From assembly GCA_049300095.1 (NCBI GenBank), contig JBAQYM010000202.1:5890-69889 (forward strand): a DNA stretch of 64,000 nucleotides, written 5' to 3'. Below the pieces are notes generated by a model that was given only the letters and a program-made list of their open reading frames with translations, did not search any database and was not told the origin of the DNA. Positions 62,248 to 64,000 of the stretch are shown piece after piece. Source of the DNA: Syntrophobacteraceae bacterium. GTDB taxonomy: Bacteria > Desulfobacterota > Syntrophobacteria > Syntrophobacterales > Syntrophobacteraceae. The translations under genes and the position numbers were made by a program. The stretch's first letter is position 1, and each line of letters opens with the position of its first letter.

Positions 62248-64000
62248 TGCCGGAGGAGGTCGCGGGCAGTTGCGAGCAAAACAGGTTTAACCGCGTCGGC
62301 CTCATCGCGGGCGGGGGGCAGTTCCCGTTGCTCTTCTGCCTTGCCGCGCGCCAGGCGTCGGTGAGCGTCCTGGCCGTCGGGTTCGAGGGGGAAACCGACC
62401 CGGCCCTTGCCAAATACGTCGACGAGTTTCACCTGCTCAAACTTGGGCAGTTGAGCAAACTGATAAGGGCCTTCCGCAAAGCGGGGATGACGAATGTCGC
62501 CATGGCGGGGGCCATCAACAAGACCCGGTTGTACACGCGAATTCGTCCGGACTGGAGGGCGGTGCGGTTTCTCAACAGGCTGCGGAACAAGAAAGATGAT
62601 TCTCTCCTGAGGGCCCTTGCCGACGAGCTCGAATCCGAGGGCATTATCGTGCAGCCGTCCACGATTTTTCTTCCCGAACTCCTCGCTCCCGCAGGAACAC
62701 TCACCCGCCGTAAAGCCAATCGCCGCGAACAGGCCGACATCGCCTTCGGATGGTCTCTCGCCAAGGTGATCGGAAGGCTTGACATCGGCCAGTGTATTAT
62801 TGTCAAGAACCAGGCCGTGCTCGCCGTCGAAGGAATTGACGGCACCGACGCCACCATTTTGCGGGGAGGCCGGTTGTGCCGCGACGGGGCGGTTGTCGTC
62901 AAGGTGAGCAAGCCCACGCAGGACCTCAGGTTCGATGTTCCGGCCGTCGGGTACGACACCATCCAGTCGATGAAGAGGGTCAACGCGCGCGTCCTGGTGG
63001 TCGAGGCGGGCAGGACCCTCATGTTCGACCGGGAAAAGATGATCGACGCGGCCGATGCCGCCGGGATTTCCATAATCGTGCAAAGAGACGAGCATTTACC
63101 GGTCGAGACCCAGGACCAGGATGCGCTTGAGGCGCTTGCATCCGGTCGTCTCGCTCGGAACGAACGCCTTCCCTCCGTTGCCGTCGGCCCGGAGAGGGGA
63201 AAGCCCGGATTGTCCCCGCTGATCCGCGCCGCGCGCGGCGATGCATCGAGGGTCGGCGTCATTGGAGTGGGCTACCTCGGCCGTTTCCACGCGCAGAAAT
63301 ACGCAAGGCTTCCCGAGGCCGATCTCGTTTCGGTCGTCGATATCGACGCGTCGCGCGGAAGCAGCGTGGCCCGTGAAGTCGGAACGGAGCCCCTCACCGA
63401 CTATCGCCAGCTTCTCGGAAGGGTTGACGCGGTGAGCATCGTCACCCCCACCCAGCGGCATTTCGAAATCGCCAGGGAGTTCCTGTCGGCGGGAATACAC
63501 GTGCTGCTTGAAAAACCGATGACCCGAAGCCTCGAAGAGGCGGACGAACTGGTGGCCCTGGCGCAAAGAAGCGGCGCGATCCTTCAGATAGGGCACCTCG
63601 AACGTTTTAACTCCGCTTTTGCCGCGATACGTCCCCGCCTGCGGGACCCCATGTTCGTCGAGGCCGACAGGCTGGCGCTTTTCAGCGAGCGGGGTCTCGA
63701 GGTTGACGTGATCCTCGATTTGATGATCCACGACATCGACATTGCGCTCCATATCATCGATTCGCCGCTCAAGGAAATCCACGCATCGGGCATTGCGGTC
63801 CTGAGCCCGCTTCCCGACATAGCCAGCGCGAGAATGGTATTCGAAAACGGGGCGGTTGCGAACCTCACGGCAAGCCGAATTTCGATCAAGAATATGCGAA
63901 AGCTCAGGATATTCCAGGAAAATTGCTATTTCTCCGTCGACTACGCGATCAAGCGGGCTTATGCCGTGTACAGGGAGGCGGAATCCGACGAAGAAGGTTT
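62247..64000 (+). CDS. LpxI-like (DUF1009) domain continuing without a stop into a Gfo/Idh/MocA oxidoreductase domain; open at the window end
   Basis: Not in the ORF track (no stop). I translated all 584 codons by hand and found no in-frame stop. N-part RVGLIAGGGQFPLLF...DIGQCIIVKNQAVLAVEGIDGTDATILRGG (LpxI-like). After a ~50-aa linker, RVGVIGVGYLGRFHAQKY...LLEKPM (Rossmann N-domain of Gfo/Idh/MocA). The ATG overlaps the lpxA stop in TAATG. Confidence 0.75.
   Translation, partial: MPEEVAGSCEQNRFNRVGLIAGGGQFPLLFCLAARQASVSVLAVGFEGETDPALAKYVDEFHLLKLGQLSKLIRAFRKAGMTNVAMAGAINKTRLYTRIRPDWRAVRFLNRLRNKKDDSLLRALADELESEGIIVQPSTIFLPELLAPAGTLTRRKANRREQADIAFGWSLAKVIGRLDIGQCIIVKNQAVLAVEGIDGTDATILRGGRLCRDGAVVVKVSKPTQDLRFDVPAVGYDTIQSMKRVNARVLVVEAGRTLMFDREKMIDAADAAGISIIVQRDEHLPVETQDQDALEALASGRLARNERLPSVAVGPERGKPGLSPLIRAARGDASRVGVIGVGYLGRFHAQKYARLPEADLVSVVDIDASRGSSVAREVGTEPLTDYRQLLGRVDAVSIVTPTQRHFEIAREFLSAGIHVLLEKPMTRSLEEADELVALAQRSGAILQIGHLERFNSAFAAIRPRLRDPMFVEADRLALFSERGLEVDVILDLMIHDIDIALHIIDSPLKEIHASGIAVLSPLPDIASARMVFENGAVANLTASRISIKNMRKLRIFQENCYFSVDYAIKRAYAVYREAESDEEG

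Noticed and set aside
62109-63262. Two long minus-strand ORFs (328 aa and 277 aa) over the lpxI region
   Set aside because: The ORF track shows only these because the true plus-strand ORF has no stop in the window. The plus-strand translation has LpxI-like and Rossmann motifs and overlaps the lpxA stop in TAATG.

Overview
This is a 64-kb window from a GC-rich Gram-negative genome. The gene content (NrfD/4Fe-4S/molybdopterin respiratory module, sigma-54 control, lpxI) suggests an anaerobic deltaproteobacterium-like organism, but that is only an inference. Left to right: (i) a copper module, with a TAT-exported multicopper oxidase and a CusB-like adaptor running off the left edge. (ii) A lexA operon. 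(iii) A cobalamin riboswitch with an intrinsic terminator, upstream of an MDR dehydrogenase and a divergent TrpD-like phosphoribosyltransferase. (iv) Rhomboid protease and isochorismatase-family genes. (v) A YgiB/YgiC/DUF350-type cluster. (vi) A PhnD-family binding protein, then a membrane-anchored HAMP-GAF sigma-54 activator, then a near-consensus -24/-12 promoter driving receiver, 4Fe-4S, NrfD, a 1076-aa molybdopterin oxidoreductase (ttrBCA/srdBCA gene order), an FmdE-like protein and a MoeA-like protein. (vii) A ~26.4-kb integrative island (25442-51862) inserted in tRNA-Arg(UCU). It is bounded by a 47/48 direct repeat and carries an integrase, hicAB (hicA frameshifted), an ECF sigma/anti-sigma module with CBM48-like sensor domains, an orphan response regulator next to a possible decayed kinase, an RND efflux system with NfeD and EF-hand genes, a type I R-M system, and a phage-like excisionase/replication/ERCC4 module. 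(viii) A housekeeping block: lysS, lolC/E-lolD, bamA, skp, lpxD, fabZ, lpxA, and an lpxI ORF that continues without a stop into a Gfo/Idh/MocA domain to the window end. Several palindromic or MITE-like repeats lie in intergenic regions. No rRNA genes or CRISPR arrays were seen. Three CDSs missing from the ORF track were found by hand: 1-370 (-), 44443-44607 (-) and 62247->64000 (+). All family assignments come from motifs read by eye, and no database search was run.
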